NCBI GenBank assembly: GCA_040755095.1
Contig: JBFMBH010000004.1
Location: 12,968-76,967 of the forward strand
DNA length: 64,000 nt
Source: Thermodesulfobacteriota bacterium
Lineage (GTDB): Bacteria; Desulfobacterota; Desulfobulbia; Desulfobulbales; JBFMBH01
Direction of reading: 5' to 3'
Shown: in pieces, positions 54,929 through 64,000 of the stretch
How positions within the stretch are numbered: the stretch's first letter is position 1
Layout: each line of letters opens with the position of its first letter
Notes under the pieces: model-generated
Told to the model about the DNA's origin: nothing
What the model saw: only the letters and a program-made list of their open reading frames with translations
Database searches by the model: none
Translations under genes and position numbers: made by a program

Positions 54929-57040
54929 ATGGCCTCCATCGACGACATCCCCATCCTGCCCGCCGAGCCGGCCGCCGGGCTGCCGCCGGAGCCGGCCCCC
55001 GACCCGGGGCCGCGGCCGCTGCCGGTCTGGACCCACCTCCAGCTCATGGCCCTGGCCTCCGGCATCGGCCTTCTGGTCACGGTGCTGATCGGCATCGGCC
55101 TCTACCTGTTCGTGGCCCTCGATCTGCCCAGCCTGGCCTCGGTGGCCGACTACCAGCCGGACACCACGGCGGTCATCCTGGGCCGCGACGGCGGCATCCT
55201 GGGCCGCATCCACCGGGAGAACCGCACCCTGGTCACCCTGGACAGCCTGCCGCCCCTCCTGCCCCAGGCCTTTGTGGCGGCCGAGGACAGCCGCTTCTTC
55301 TCCCATCCCGGGGTGGATCTGTGGAGCGTGCTCCGGGCCGCCATCCACAACCTCAGAGCCGGCGCGCCGGTCCAGGGCGGCAGCACCATCACCCAGCAGG
55401 TGGCCCGCTCCCTTCTCCTCTCCCGGGAGAAAACCTATGCCCGCAAGCTCCGGGAGGTGCTCCTGGCCTGGCGCATCGATGCGGCGCTCAGCAAGGACGA
55501 GATCCTCTACCTCTATCTGAACCAGATCTACTTCGGCGAAGGGGCCTACGGGGTGGAGGCGGCGGCCCAGACCTATTTCGGCACCGCCGCCTCCCGCCTG
55601 AGTCTGCCGCAGCTGGCGATCCTGGCGGGCCTACCCCAGGCACCCAGCCGCTATTCGCCCTTCCGGCGCCTGGACCTGGCCAAGAAGCGCCAGGCCTATG
55701 TCCTGAACCGCATGGCCGAGGAGGGGATGATCGCGCCGCAGGAGGCCCGGGACGCCTATGCCGAGCCTCTGACCTGGGCGACCCCGCCCGCAGGCCACCA
55801 CGAGGCCGGCTACTTCTTGCAACAGGTGCGCCAGGAGGTGGAAGAAAGGCTGGGCCGGGAGGCCTGGTGGCGGCTGGGACTGACGGTGGAGACCACCCTG
55901 GACGGCCGGCTGCAGCAGGCGGCCACCGAAGCGGTACAGGCGGGGGTCGCCGCCTGGCAGAAGCGGCAGCGGCGGGCCGCGGGCAGCCCGGCGGCCCAGG
56001 CGGCCCTGGTCGCCCTGGATCCGGCCAGCGGCGAGATTCTGGCCCTGGTAGGAGGGAGCGACTATGCCGCCAGCCAGTTCAATCGGGCGGTGCAGGCCCG
56101 CCGGCAGCCAGGCTCGGCCTTCAAGCCCTTCATCTATGCCGCGGCCCTGGAACAGGGCGTCACCCCGAGCCAGATCTTTGCCGACGCCCCCCTGAGCTTA
56201 CCGGGCAGCCGGCCTGGTGAGACCTGGAGCCCCCAGAACTACGACCACCGCTTCCATGGCCCGGTGACCCTCAGGACCGCGCTGACCCAGTCCCTCAACC
56301 TGGCCACCCTCCGGGTCCTGGAGACGGTAGGGGTGGAGCGCCCGGTGCGGCTGGCCCACAGCCTGGGCATCGCCTCGCCCCTGGCTGCCGACCTCTCCCT
56401 GGCCCTGGGGGTGTCCGAGGTGTCGCTCCTGGAGCTCAGCGCCGCCTACGCCGCCTTTGCCAACGGCGGCCTGGCGGTGGCCCCCCGCAGCTGCACCCGG
56501 ATCCTGGATCGCCACGGCATCGTCCTGGCCGAAAACACCCCCCGCCGCCGCCGGATCCTCTCCGCCGAGACCGCCTTCCAGATGGCCCATCTCCTGAAAG
56601 GGGTGGTCACCGAGGGCACCGGCCGGGCCGCAGCCAAATTGGCCCGGCCGGCAGCGGGCAAGACCGGCACCACCGACGACAACCGGGATGCCTGGTTCAT
56701 CGGCTTCACGCCGAACCTCCTGGCCGGGGTGTGGATGGGCCACGACCGGCGCTCCTCCCTGGGCCGGGAGGAGACCGGCGGCCGGGCCGCGGTGCCGATC
56801 TGGCTGGATTTCATGGCCCGGGTCCTGCCCCGGGAGGATGCCGGCGCCGATTTTGTGCCGCCACCCGGCATCGAGCTCGTCAGGGTGGATCCGGCAACCG
56901 GAACGGTGCTGGCCGCCGGCGAAGAGGGGGGGGTGCTGGAGGCCTTCAACCGGCGCTGGCCGTTGCCGGCACCGGAGCCGGGGACGGATGAGCAGGGATC
57001 GGCGGTCAGGCCCGATCGTTCTTCCGGGGCAGGTCCTTGA
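54929..57040 (+). CDS. mrcA: class A penicillin-binding protein 1A (glycosyltransferase + transpeptidase)
   Basis: The GT51 motifs are AAEDSRFFSHPGVD and GGSTITQQ. The transpeptidase motifs are SAFKP and KTGTT. An N-terminal transmembrane anchor is present. Confidence 0.9.
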   Translation: MASIDDIPILPAEPAAGLPPEPAPDPGPRPLPVWTHLQLMALASGIGLLVTVLIGIGLYLFVALDLPSLASVADYQPDTTAVILGRDGGILGRIHRENRTLVTLDSLPPLLPQAFVAAEDSRFFSHPGVDLWSVLRAAIHNLRAGAPVQGGSTITQQVARSLLLSREKTYARKLREVLLAWRIDAALSKDEILYLYLNQIYFGEGAYGVEAAAQTYFGTAASRLSLPQLAILAGLPQAPSRYSPFRRLDLAKKRQAYVLNRMAEEGMIAPQEARDAYAEPLTWATPPAGHHEAGYFLQQVRQEVEERLGREAWWRLGLTVETTLDGRLQQAATEAVQAGVAAWQKRQRRAAGSPAAQAALVALDPASGEILALVGGSDYAASQFNRAVQARRQPGSAFKPFIYAAALEQGVTPSQIFADAPLSLPGSRPGETWSPQNYDHRFHGPVTLRTALTQSLNLATLRVLETVGVERPVRLAHSLGIASPLAADLSLALGVSEVSLLELSAAYAAFANGGLAVAPRSCTRILDRHGIVLAENTPRRRRILSAETAFQMAHLLKGVVTEGTGRAAAKLARPAAGKTGTTDDNRDAWFIGFTPNLLAGVWMGHDRRSSLGREETGGRAAVPIWLDFMARVLPREDAGADFVPPPGIELVRVDPATGTVLAAGEEGGVLEAFNRRWPLPAPEPGTDEQGSAVRPDRSSGAGP

Positions 57041-57695
57041 GCTCGTCGCGGACCTGGTAGAGGAGCTTGAACTCGGCGGCCAGGGTGGTGGACAGGTCCG
57101 GCAGGATGGCCTCGTCGTCCACCGTCACCCGGACCGCCACCTGCTTTCTCCCCTCCGGCACGTCCTCGTAGGAGGTGAGGATGCTGACCATGCGGGCGCC
57201 CTTGGCGCGCACCGCGTCGATGACCGCGCCCACCGCGCCCGGGGCATCGGCCAGCTCGAAGACATACTGGATGGCGCCGTCCTTGATGCCGGTGCTGTGG
57301 ATGAAGCTGCGCAGGATGTCGGTCTCGGAGAGGATGCCAATGAGGTGCCCGAGCTCGTCCACCACCATGAGGCCGGAGATGCGGTTCTCCAGCAGGATCA
57401 CCGCCGCCTTCTCCACGGTGTCGTCGCCGCTCACCGTGATCGGGCTGGGGGTCATGACATCCTTGACCTTCATCTCGGACAGGAGGTAATAGAGCTCGTG
57501 GATGTCCAGGGAGGTGGTCTTGGACGGGGAGGCGTCCTTGAGATCCCGGTCGGTAACCACCCCGATCAGACGGCCGTGGGAGACCACCGGCAGGCGGCGG
57601 ATGCGGTTCTCTTTCATCATGCGGGTCGCCCGCATCACCGACGTGTTCTCGTCCACGGACAGGACGTCCTTGGCCATCCACTCTTTGATGAGCAT
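57006..57695 (-). CDS. CBS-pair plus ACT domain protein (AcuB-like)
   Basis: MLIKEWMAKDVLSVDENTSVMRATRMMKENRIRRLPVV is followed by a second CBS domain and then an ACT-like C-terminus. It overlaps the PBP1A 3' end convergently by 35 nt. Confidence 0.8.
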   Translation of the reverse strand: MLIKEWMAKDVLSVDENTSVMRATRMMKENRIRRLPVVSHGRLIGVVTDRDLKDASPSKTTSLDIHELYYLLSEMKVKDVMTPSPITVSGDDTVEKAAVILLENRISGLMVVDELGHLIGILSETDILRSFIHSTGIKDGAIQYVFELADAPGAVGAVIDAVRAKGARMVSILTSYEDVPEGRKQVAVRVTVDDEAILPDLSTTLAAEFKLLYQVRDELKDLPRKNDRA

Positions 57696-57963
57696 GGGAT
57701 TTCTCCTTGGTGCCGAGGGCTGAGATTGGGGCGGCAGCGCGCCGGGCCACCAGCGCAGCAGGTCGCTTTATAATCCATTCCCCGCGCCCGGTGCAAGACC
57801 CCGATGCCAGGGTCCGTGACCCTTGGCATCCGGCCGGGAAGGCGGTACCTTGGGCACGACGTCAGCCCCTGGCGCGGGGTCCCTGGCTCCGCCTGCCCGG
57901 ACTTGTCCGCCAACCGGCTTGGCCCGCCATAAGCCAGCCCTTCGCCAGCCTTCCTTCACGCCC

Positions 57964-59904
57964 ATGGTCGATGCCCCCTGCCCTGCCGGACCCCTGTCCG
58001 CCCCTGGCCGGCCGATGAGCGCCGGCGATCTGGCCCGGGTGCTGGAGCTGGTGGACCGGGAGCCCTTTGCCATCTTCCTGGACACCGCCCGACCCGGGCC
58101 GGGCGAGCGCTTCTCCTACCTCTACCGCCATCCGGTCCGGCAGCTGCGCCTGGCAGCCGCCGCGGAGCTGCCCGCCTTCCTGGCCGCCTGCCAGGAGGCC
58201 ATGGACCAGGGCCTGATCCTGGCCGGCTATCTGGCCTACGAACTGGGCTATCTCCTGGAGCCGGCCCTGGCCGGACTGCTGCCGGCCTCCGACCTGCCGT
58301 TGGCCGAGCTGGGGGCCTTTGCGCGGCCGGAGGTGTTCGACCATGCCACCGGCCGCTGGCAGCCGGATTCCCCCTGCCCGGCCGGGCCGACCCCGGCGGC
58401 CGGTGAGTATCGGATCACCGGGCTGGCGCCGGATCTCGGCCAGGAGCAGTATACCCGGGCCGTGGCCCGGATCCTGGACCTCATTGCCGCCGGCGACACC
58501 TACCAGGTCAACTACACCCTCAAGTACCGGTTCTCGTGGACCGGCTCCGCCGCCGCCCTCTACCTGGCCCTGCGCCGCAGCCAGCGGGTGGCCTATGCCG
58601 GCTATCTCCGGCTGGGGGCGCGCCGGATCCTTTCTTTGTCGCCAGAGCTCTTCTTCCACGCCGCGGGCGGCCGCTGCACGGTGCGGCCCATGAAGGGCAC
58701 CAGCCGCCGGGGCCGGGATCGGGTCGAGGATGAGGGCCGGCGCGAGGCCCTGGCCGCTGATCCCAAGAACCGGGCCGAGAACGTCATGATCGTCGACCTC
58801 CTGCGCAACGACCTGGGCCGGCTGTGCGTGCCAGGGGGGGTGGCGGTGGCGTCGCTTTTCGATGTCGAGACCTACGAAACCCTCCTGCAGATGACTTCCA
58901 CCATCGAAGGCCAGCTGCGGCCGGAGGTGGGACTGGCCGGGCTTCTTGCCGGCCTCTTCCCCTGCGGCTCGGTGACCGGCGCCCCCAAGATCCGCACCAT
59001 GGCCATCATCCGGGAGCTGGAGGCGGGCCCCCGGGGCGTGTACACCGGGGCCATCGGCCATCTGTCGGCTGCGGGCGGCACCATGAGCGTGCCGATCCGC
59101 ACCGTGGTCCTGGAGGAGGGGAAAGGCGAGATGGGGGTCGGCTCCGGCATCGTGGCGGACTCGGATCCGGAGCGGGAATGGGCGGAATGCCAGCTCAAGG
59201 CCGAGTTCCTGGCCCGGCCCCATCCCGAGTTCGGGCTGGTGGAGACCATGCTCTGGCGGCCAGCCACCGGCTTCTGGCTCCTGGCCGGGCATCTGGAGCG
59301 CCTGGCCGAGTCGGCGGCCTTCTTTGGCTTTCCCTGCGACCGGCCCGCTCTGGAGGCAGCCCTCCAGCAGCAGGTCGAGACGCTCGCCGGCAGCCAGAGC
59401 CAGCGGCTGCGGCTGGTGCTGGCGCCGGACGGCAGCTGGCGGCTCACCGCCATCCCCCTGCCAGCGGGCGCCCGGCCGGCCGGCGAGCCGCCGCTGGTGG
59501 CCCTGGCGGGCCAGCGGGTCGACTCGACCTCCGTCTTCCTCTACCACAAGACCACCTGCCGAAAGCTCCAGGACCAGGAGCTGGCGCGGGGCCGGGAGCG
59601 GGGTCTGTTCGAGGTCATCTTCACCAACGAGCGGGGGGAGGTGACCGAGGGGAGCTTCACCAACCTGTTCATCCGCCGGGACGATCTGTTCCTCACCCCG
59701 CCCGTATCCTCCGGCCTCCTGCCCGGCGTCTTCCGCCGCCACTTCCTGGCCCGACAGGGGGGCAGGGCCCGGACCCAGGTGCTCACCCCAGAGGATCTGA
59801 CAAAGGCCGAGGCAGTGTACGTGGGCAACTCGGTGCGGGGCCTCGTCCCGGTGCGCTACTGCGCGGCCGGCTTGCCCTTGGCACCGGCCCGGGCCTTGGG
59901 GTAA
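57964..59904 (+). CDS. pabB: aminodeoxychorismate synthase component I fused to aminodeoxychorismate lyase (PabB-PabC)
   Basis: The chorismate-binding core carries GDTYQVNYT, PMKGTSRRG, DLLRNDLGR, GSVTGAPKIRTM and YTGAIG. The C-terminal fold-type IV part carries FGLVETMLW... and GLLPGVFR. The start is uncertain (57964, 58015 or an upstream non-ATG). Confidence 0.85.
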   Translation: MVDAPCPAGPLSAPGRPMSAGDLARVLELVDREPFAIFLDTARPGPGERFSYLYRHPVRQLRLAAAAELPAFLAACQEAMDQGLILAGYLAYELGYLLEPALAGLLPASDLPLAELGAFARPEVFDHATGRWQPDSPCPAGPTPAAGEYRITGLAPDLGQEQYTRAVARILDLIAAGDTYQVNYTLKYRFSWTGSAAALYLALRRSQRVAYAGYLRLGARRILSLSPELFFHAAGGRCTVRPMKGTSRRGRDRVEDEGRREALAADPKNRAENVMIVDLLRNDLGRLCVPGGVAVASLFDVETYETLLQMTSTIEGQLRPEVGLAGLLAGLFPCGSVTGAPKIRTMAIIRELEAGPRGVYTGAIGHLSAAGGTMSVPIRTVVLEEGKGEMGVGSGIVADSDPEREWAECQLKAEFLARPHPEFGLVETMLWRPATGFWLLAGHLERLAESAAFFGFPCDRPALEAALQQQVETLAGSQSQRLRLVLAPDGSWRLTAIPLPAGARPAGEPPLVALAGQRVDSTSVFLYHKTTCRKLQDQELARGRERGLFEVIFTNERGEVTEGSFTNLFIRRDDLFLTPPVSSGLLPGVFRRHFLARQGGRARTQVLTPEDLTKAEAVYVGNSVRGLVPVRYCAAGLPLAPARALG

Positions 59905-61292
59905 GGTCCCTGGCTGGGATAGCCCAGGGCCTGCCAGTCCATCCGGCCGTCCTTCTTGTGGCAGTCCGCACACTTCAAGGCCTGCTTGGCCGGTGGCACC
60001 ATGTGGTTGATCCGGTAGAGCATGCTGGTCTCCACGAATTCCACCTCGCCGCCAAAGGCCAGCCCAGCGCCCTTCATCCCCTCCTTCAAGGCCCGTTGCC
60101 AGTCGCCGGTGGCCGCCAGCGAGCCCTCACCCGCCAGCTTGGGGATGGCCAGGTAGCCGTTCTTGACATCCAACGGCTGCCGGGCGGTCAGACGCTTGAA
60201 GGGGAAGATGCGGGCCTCGGGCTCGTCGATGGCGCCCAGGGGCGCGGTGAGCTGCGCCGGCCGGGCAGCGTCGATCTTGTCGCCCACCCGGGTCACGTGG
60301 GCCTTGCGGTTGAACCAGGCATAGACCGGCGCCACGTTCTCTTCCCAGACCAGGGTGCCCTTCTCTTTGTCGTAGAGGGGCCGGCCAGCCGCATCGGTCT
60401 CGGCCTCCTTGGCCTGGCCGGCGGTGGACCAGTCCACCCGGGTGATCGTGGCGGTCCTCCGGGCGAACAAGGGGATGTGACAGGTCTGGCAGGCCACGGC
60501 GCTGGTGTGGCGGTTGAGACGGCCGGAACGGTGGGGGGCCATTTCATGGCAGTCCGGGCAGTCCAGCCGGTTGCCGCCGCCCGGGGAGACGGCCATGGCG
60601 TTGCCTTTGATGTCATGGAGGGAGGCCTTGTGGCAGGTCTGGCAGGTGAAGCCCAGCTCCGAGGACATGTGCACGTCCAGGTCCCGGCTGGGCTCCAGAA
60701 GATCGGCTCCCAGGTCACCATGCTTGGCGTTGTCGAAGCCGCCGGCACCGAAGTGGCAGATGCCGCAGTTGCGGCGGGTGGGCTTGACCACCGAGCGGGC
60801 GACGGCCAAAAGATCCACCGCCGCCTCCCCAGGCTTGCTGCCAGGACCGAAGCCCTCCGGCAGGCCGCCAATGCCCTTGCGGTAGGTGCCGGTGTCGTCG
60901 TGGCAGATCAGGCAGTCGACGGCGGAGGGCTGATCAAAGGCGAAGCGGCCGTCGGTCCAGCCGTAGCTGGGATGGCAGGCGGCGCAGGCGCCCCAGTTGG
61001 AGGGGATGGCCAGACACAGGCTGCTCACCGCCACCTTCTTGCCAAAATCCACCGCCCCCTGCCCCGGCAGGCTTTGCAGCCCGAGCCAGCGCCAGTGGCT
61101 GGTGCGCATCAGCTCGGTGGCCACCGTCTTGTGGCACTCCAGACACTTCTCGGTGACCGCCTTGGGGCTGGTGAAGGGGGTGCTCATGGCCCGGCTGTGC
61201 ACCTCGGCCGCCGCCCAGGCCCTGCCAGGGGCTGCCACCAGAAGGGCCAGACCCAACCCCGTCACCGCCTGCCGCCATCGCTTCGCGTCCAT
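59856..61292 (-). CDS. octahaem c-type cytochrome (tetrathionate-reductase/OTR-family-like)
   Basis: The signal peptide is MDAKRWRQAVTGLGLALLVAAPGRAWA. There are eight CxxCH motifs: CLECH, CAACH, CLICH, CGICH, CQTCH, CPDCH, CQTCH and CADCH. 478 aa. Confidence 0.85.
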   Translation of the reverse strand: MDAKRWRQAVTGLGLALLVAAPGRAWAAAEVHSRAMSTPFTSPKAVTEKCLECHKTVATELMRTSHWRWLGLQSLPGQGAVDFGKKVAVSSLCLAIPSNWGACAACHPSYGWTDGRFAFDQPSAVDCLICHDDTGTYRKGIGGLPEGFGPGSKPGEAAVDLLAVARSVVKPTRRNCGICHFGAGGFDNAKHGDLGADLLEPSRDLDVHMSSELGFTCQTCHKASLHDIKGNAMAVSPGGGNRLDCPDCHEMAPHRSGRLNRHTSAVACQTCHIPLFARRTATITRVDWSTAGQAKEAETDAAGRPLYDKEKGTLVWEENVAPVYAWFNRKAHVTRVGDKIDAARPAQLTAPLGAIDEPEARIFPFKRLTARQPLDVKNGYLAIPKLAGEGSLAATGDWQRALKEGMKGAGLAFGGEVEFVETSMLYRINHMVPPAKQALKCADCHKKDGRMDWQALGYPSQGPYPKARAGAKGKPAAQ

Positions 61293-61382
61293 TCCCGCAT
61301 CCTCCTTGTCGCCACGTCGTCCCGGCGCCGGCCGCCGGCCTCTTCCCTTCTAGCATGGATGGCCCGGTGGGGTCAAAGGGGT

Positions 61383-61427
61383 GACTGACAGGACCCGCAG
61401 CGACCCGCTGCCGTCAGTCCGATTTTT
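61383..61427 (+). terminator. orphan terminator-like hairpin
   Basis: The outer stem is GACTGAC...GTCAGTC and the inner stem is GCAGCG-acc-CGCTGC, followed by CGATTTTT. No plus-strand gene ends upstream of it. Confidence 0.45.
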
Positions 61428-61430
61428 CGT

Positions 61431-61459
61431 TTGACCCCGGCCCTGCCTTGTGGCATAAG
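61431..61459 (+). promoter_or_regulatory. sigma-70-like promoter (TTGACC-N17-CATAAG) upstream of the PilZ gene
   Basis: The hexamers were read directly from the sequence. They lie about 115 nt upstream of the ATG at 61576. Confidence 0.4.
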
Positions 61460-61575
61460 ATGACCAGCCGGTTCTGGCGCTGCCGGATGCCAGGTGTATC
61501 CCAGTCCAACGGTAGGTCTTCGCTGAAGAGCGGCAGCGAGGCCGACATGAAATGACCCAGCTACGGAGACCAGCC

Positions 61576-61968
61576 ATGAGCCACGACGAAGGTGGAGCCG
61601 AGAAGCGGCGCTTCCAGCGCTTTCCGGTGCGCGATCTGGCCTTTGCCGTTCTGGAGCCCTATTTCGGACGCCTTGGCCAGCTCAAGGACGTCAGCCGGGG
61701 TGGGGTGGGGTTCGAATATGTGGAGTTCGAGGAGGCAGGGCCGGAACGGCCGACCGGGCCGTTGCGGCTGGAGGTGATGCGGCTTGCCGAGGGGTTCTGC
61801 CTGCAGGACTTCCCCTGCCGGATCGTCTATGACGAGAAGAGCCCCAACGCCAGCGCCCTGGTCCACAGCGTGATCACCCGTCGCTGCGGGGTTGCCTTCG
61901 GCTCCCTGTCCGCCGAGCAGGAGACCGACCTGGACCAGTTCATCACCAGCCACGCGTTGTCCGGCTGA
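61576..61968 (+). CDS. PilZ domain protein (c-di-GMP receptor-like)
   Basis: The RxxxR motif (EKRRFQRFPV) and the D/NxSxxG motif (KDVSRGGVGF) are present. An alternative start lies at 61552. Confidence 0.8.
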   Translation: MSHDEGGAEKRRFQRFPVRDLAFAVLEPYFGRLGQLKDVSRGGVGFEYVEFEEAGPERPTGPLRLEVMRLAEGFCLQDFPCRIVYDEKSPNASALVHSVITRRCGVAFGSLSAEQETDLDQFITSHALSG

Positions 61969-62022
61969 CCGGCGTCGCCGGCGCCCCCTCCTCACCCCAG
62001 GCCGGGGCTCTGCCGGGGCAGC

Positions 62023-63570
62023 TCAGCCGCCGCTGTCCTCCCCCAGCTGGTGGCGCACGATGCAGGCCACCAGCGCCTCGATGGTGGCCTGCGGCGGCTC
62101 GATGTGCACCGGCAGGCCGGCCTGGCGGGCGGTGGCACTGGTGACCGGCCCGATGGAAGCCACCTGCACCCCGGCCATGAGCTGGGCCAGCTCGTCCGGG
62201 CCGGCCGGCTGCAGCATGGCGAGAAAGTTGCGCACCGTGGAGGAGGAGGTGAAGGTCACCAGATCGATCTGCTTGCCGGCCAGCCGCCGCCGCAGCTCCT
62301 CCTCCTGGCCCTGGGGCCGCACGTTCCGGTAGACCGGCACCAGCCGCACCTGGGCGCCGGCCGCCACCAGGGCCTCCGGCAGCACCTCCCGCGCCTCCTG
62401 GGCCCGGGGGATGAGGAAGCGCTGGCCGGCAATCCCCTGCCCCACAAAGCTCGCCACCAACCCCTCCCCCTGGAAGACCTCGGGAATGAGATCCGGCCGC
62501 AGGCCCCGTTGCGCCAGGGCCTGGCCGGTCTTCTCCCCCACCGCCGCAATCCGGGGACCGGCCAGGGACCGCACGTCCTGCCCCCGCTCCAGGAGCCGGC
62601 TCATGAAGAGCTCGACCCCGTTGGCGCTGGTGAAGACCAGCCAGTCGTACGAGGACACCTGATCCAGCTCGGTGTCCAGCTCCTGCCAGCTGGCCGGCGG
62701 CCGCATCTCGATGGTGGGGCAGGCAAAACAGCTGGCCCCCAGCTCCTCCAGCTGCCGCACGAGCTCGCTGGCCTGGGCCCGGCTGCGGGTGACGGCGATC
62801 CGCTTGCCGAACAGCGGCCGCCGCTCGAACCAGTTGATCCGATCCCTGAGGCTCACCACCTCGCCGACCACGATGATGGCCGGCGGCCGCAGGCCTGCTT
62901 CCCGCACCCGGTCGCTGATATCCCGGATCGTGCCCACCACGGTCTGCTGCTCCGGGGTGGAGGCCCAGCGCACCACCGCCACCGGCGTCGCCGGATCCCG
63001 GCCGTTGGCCTCCAGGCGGGCCATGATCGAGGACAGGTTCTTGATGCCCATGAAGAACACCAGGGTGCCGATGCCGGTGGCCAGCTTGTCCCAGGCGATC
63101 TGGCTGTCCGGCTTGGTGGGATCCTCATGGCCGGTGACAAAGGCCACGGTGGAGGTGCAGCCCCGGTGGGTGATGGGGATGCCGGCATAGGTGGCCGCGG
63201 CCACTGCCGCTGTCACCCCAGGCACCACCTCGAAGGGGATGCCGGCGGCCACCAGGGCCTCGATCTCCTCGCCGCCGCGGCCGAAGATGAAGGGATCGCC
63301 GCCTTTGAGCCGTACCACCTGCCGGCCGGCCGCCGCCTTGTCCACCAGGATGGCGTTGATCTCCTCCTGGGAGCAGGCGTGGTGGACCCCGCCCCGCTTG
63401 CCCACGTAGATCCGCTCCGCGCCCTGGGGGGCGTGGGCCAGAAGCTCCTCGTTGGCCAGGTAGTCGTAGACCACCACCTCGGCCTGCGCCAGAAACCGAA
63501 GACCCTTGACGGTGATCAGCTCCGGATCCCCGGGACCGGCGCCCACCAGATAAACCTTGCCCGTGCTCAT
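62023..63570 (-). CDS. cobA: uroporphyrinogen-III C-methyltransferase fused to uroporphyrinogen-III synthase
   Basis: The N-terminus VYLVGAGPGDPELITVKGLRFLAQAEVVVYD is SUMT. The C-terminal ~250 aa are HemD-like. Its start overlaps the hemC stop. Confidence 0.9.
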   Translation of the reverse strand: MSTGKVYLVGAGPGDPELITVKGLRFLAQAEVVVYDYLANEELLAHAPQGAERIYVGKRGGVHHACSQEEINAILVDKAAAGRQVVRLKGGDPFIFGRGGEEIEALVAAGIPFEVVPGVTAAVAAATYAGIPITHRGCTSTVAFVTGHEDPTKPDSQIAWDKLATGIGTLVFFMGIKNLSSIMARLEANGRDPATPVAVVRWASTPEQQTVVGTIRDISDRVREAGLRPPAIIVVGEVVSLRDRINWFERRPLFGKRIAVTRSRAQASELVRQLEELGASCFACPTIEMRPPASWQELDTELDQVSSYDWLVFTSANGVELFMSRLLERGQDVRSLAGPRIAAVGEKTGQALAQRGLRPDLIPEVFQGEGLVASFVGQGIAGQRFLIPRAQEAREVLPEALVAAGAQVRLVPVYRNVRPQGQEEELRRRLAGKQIDLVTFTSSSTVRNFLAMLQPAGPDELAQLMAGVQVASIGPVTSATARQAGLPVHIEPPQATIEALVACIVRHQLGEDSGG

Positions 63571-64000
63571 GCCCCCTCCATGCTGCGGCCGTAGACCGCC
63601 TCCAGGATCTCCCGGCCGCCGGCGTCCAGGATCTCGCCGGCGAGATCCCAGCCCAGGGCTTCGGCCTCGGCGGCCGGCGCGGTGCGGGCGCGCTTCACCA
63701 GCCGGCTGCCGTCCACCGCCGCCACCAGGCCGGTGAGGGTGACCTGGCCGGCCGCCACCTCGCCGTGGGCGCCGATGGGCACCTGGCAGCCACCCTCCAG
63801 CCGGGCCAGGAAGGCCCGCTCCGCCCGGACCGCCACCGCCGTCTCCTCGTGGTTGAGGAAGCCGAGCCGGGACAAGAGCCAGTCATCCGCCCGCCGCAGC
63901 TCCAGGCCCAGGGCGCCCTGGCCGATGGCGGGCAGCATCTCGACCGGCGAGAAGAAGGCGGTGGCCCGGTCGATCATCCCCAGGCGCCGCAGCCCGGCCG
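63567..64000 (-). CDS. hemC: hydroxymethylbilane synthase (porphobilinogen deaminase), 3' part; 5' end outside the window
   Basis: ...LPAIGQGALGLELR...ERAFLARLEGGCQVPIGA... is the HemC domain 2/3 signature. The frame is open to the window edge. Confidence 0.88.
   Translation of the reverse strand, partial: AGLRRLGMIDRATAFFSPVEMLPAIGQGALGLELRRADDWLLSRLGFLNHEETAVAVRAERAFLARLEGGCQVPIGAHGEVAAGQVTLTGLVAAVDGSRLVKRARTAPAAEAEALGWDLAGEILDAGGREILEAVYGRSMEGA

Overview
High-GC (roughly two-thirds G+C by eye) bacterial chromosomal segment. Gene order (pheST-ihfA-merR, thrS-infC-rpmI-rplT, ffs-dnaX-ybaB-recR), the multihaem cytochromes with CxxxxCH motifs and the PEP-CTERM proteins suggest an anaerobic Desulfobacterota/Geobacter-like organism; this attribution is inference only. 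Most of the window is housekeeping: mutL (3' part), purC, clpB, pheST, ihfA, rplT, rpmI, infC, thrS, recR, ybaB, dnaX, tadA, ppaC, mazG, manC, mltD-like, ppsR, dgt-like, valS, nadC, PBP1A, pabB-pabC fusion, cobA/hemD and hemC (partial). RNA genes are tRNA-Pro(GGG), tRNA-Val(GAC), tRNA-Ser(GGA), tRNA-Ser(CGA) and SRP RNA. The many long ORFs antisense to these genes are GC-driven shadow ORFs. The items worth a second look are: (1) a tandem array of PEP-CTERM paralogues plus one unlinked PEP-CTERM gene, all preceded by sigma-54-type -24/-12 elements; two of these promoters share a CGGAA-repeat element about 110-120 bp upstream, a candidate enhancer. (2) A C12 homopolymer at the kinase/receiver linker of a hybrid histidine kinase, which breaks the reading frame. 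(3) A 2.7-kb multihaem-cytochrome/FN3 gene broken by two compensating frameshifts and an in-frame TAG. (4) An ~0.85-kb low-GC islet after nadC carrying two overlapping small ORFs of unknown function. (5) A response regulator with an unusual Cys-pair C-terminal tail. No CRISPR array, rRNA, transposase or integrase was seen.
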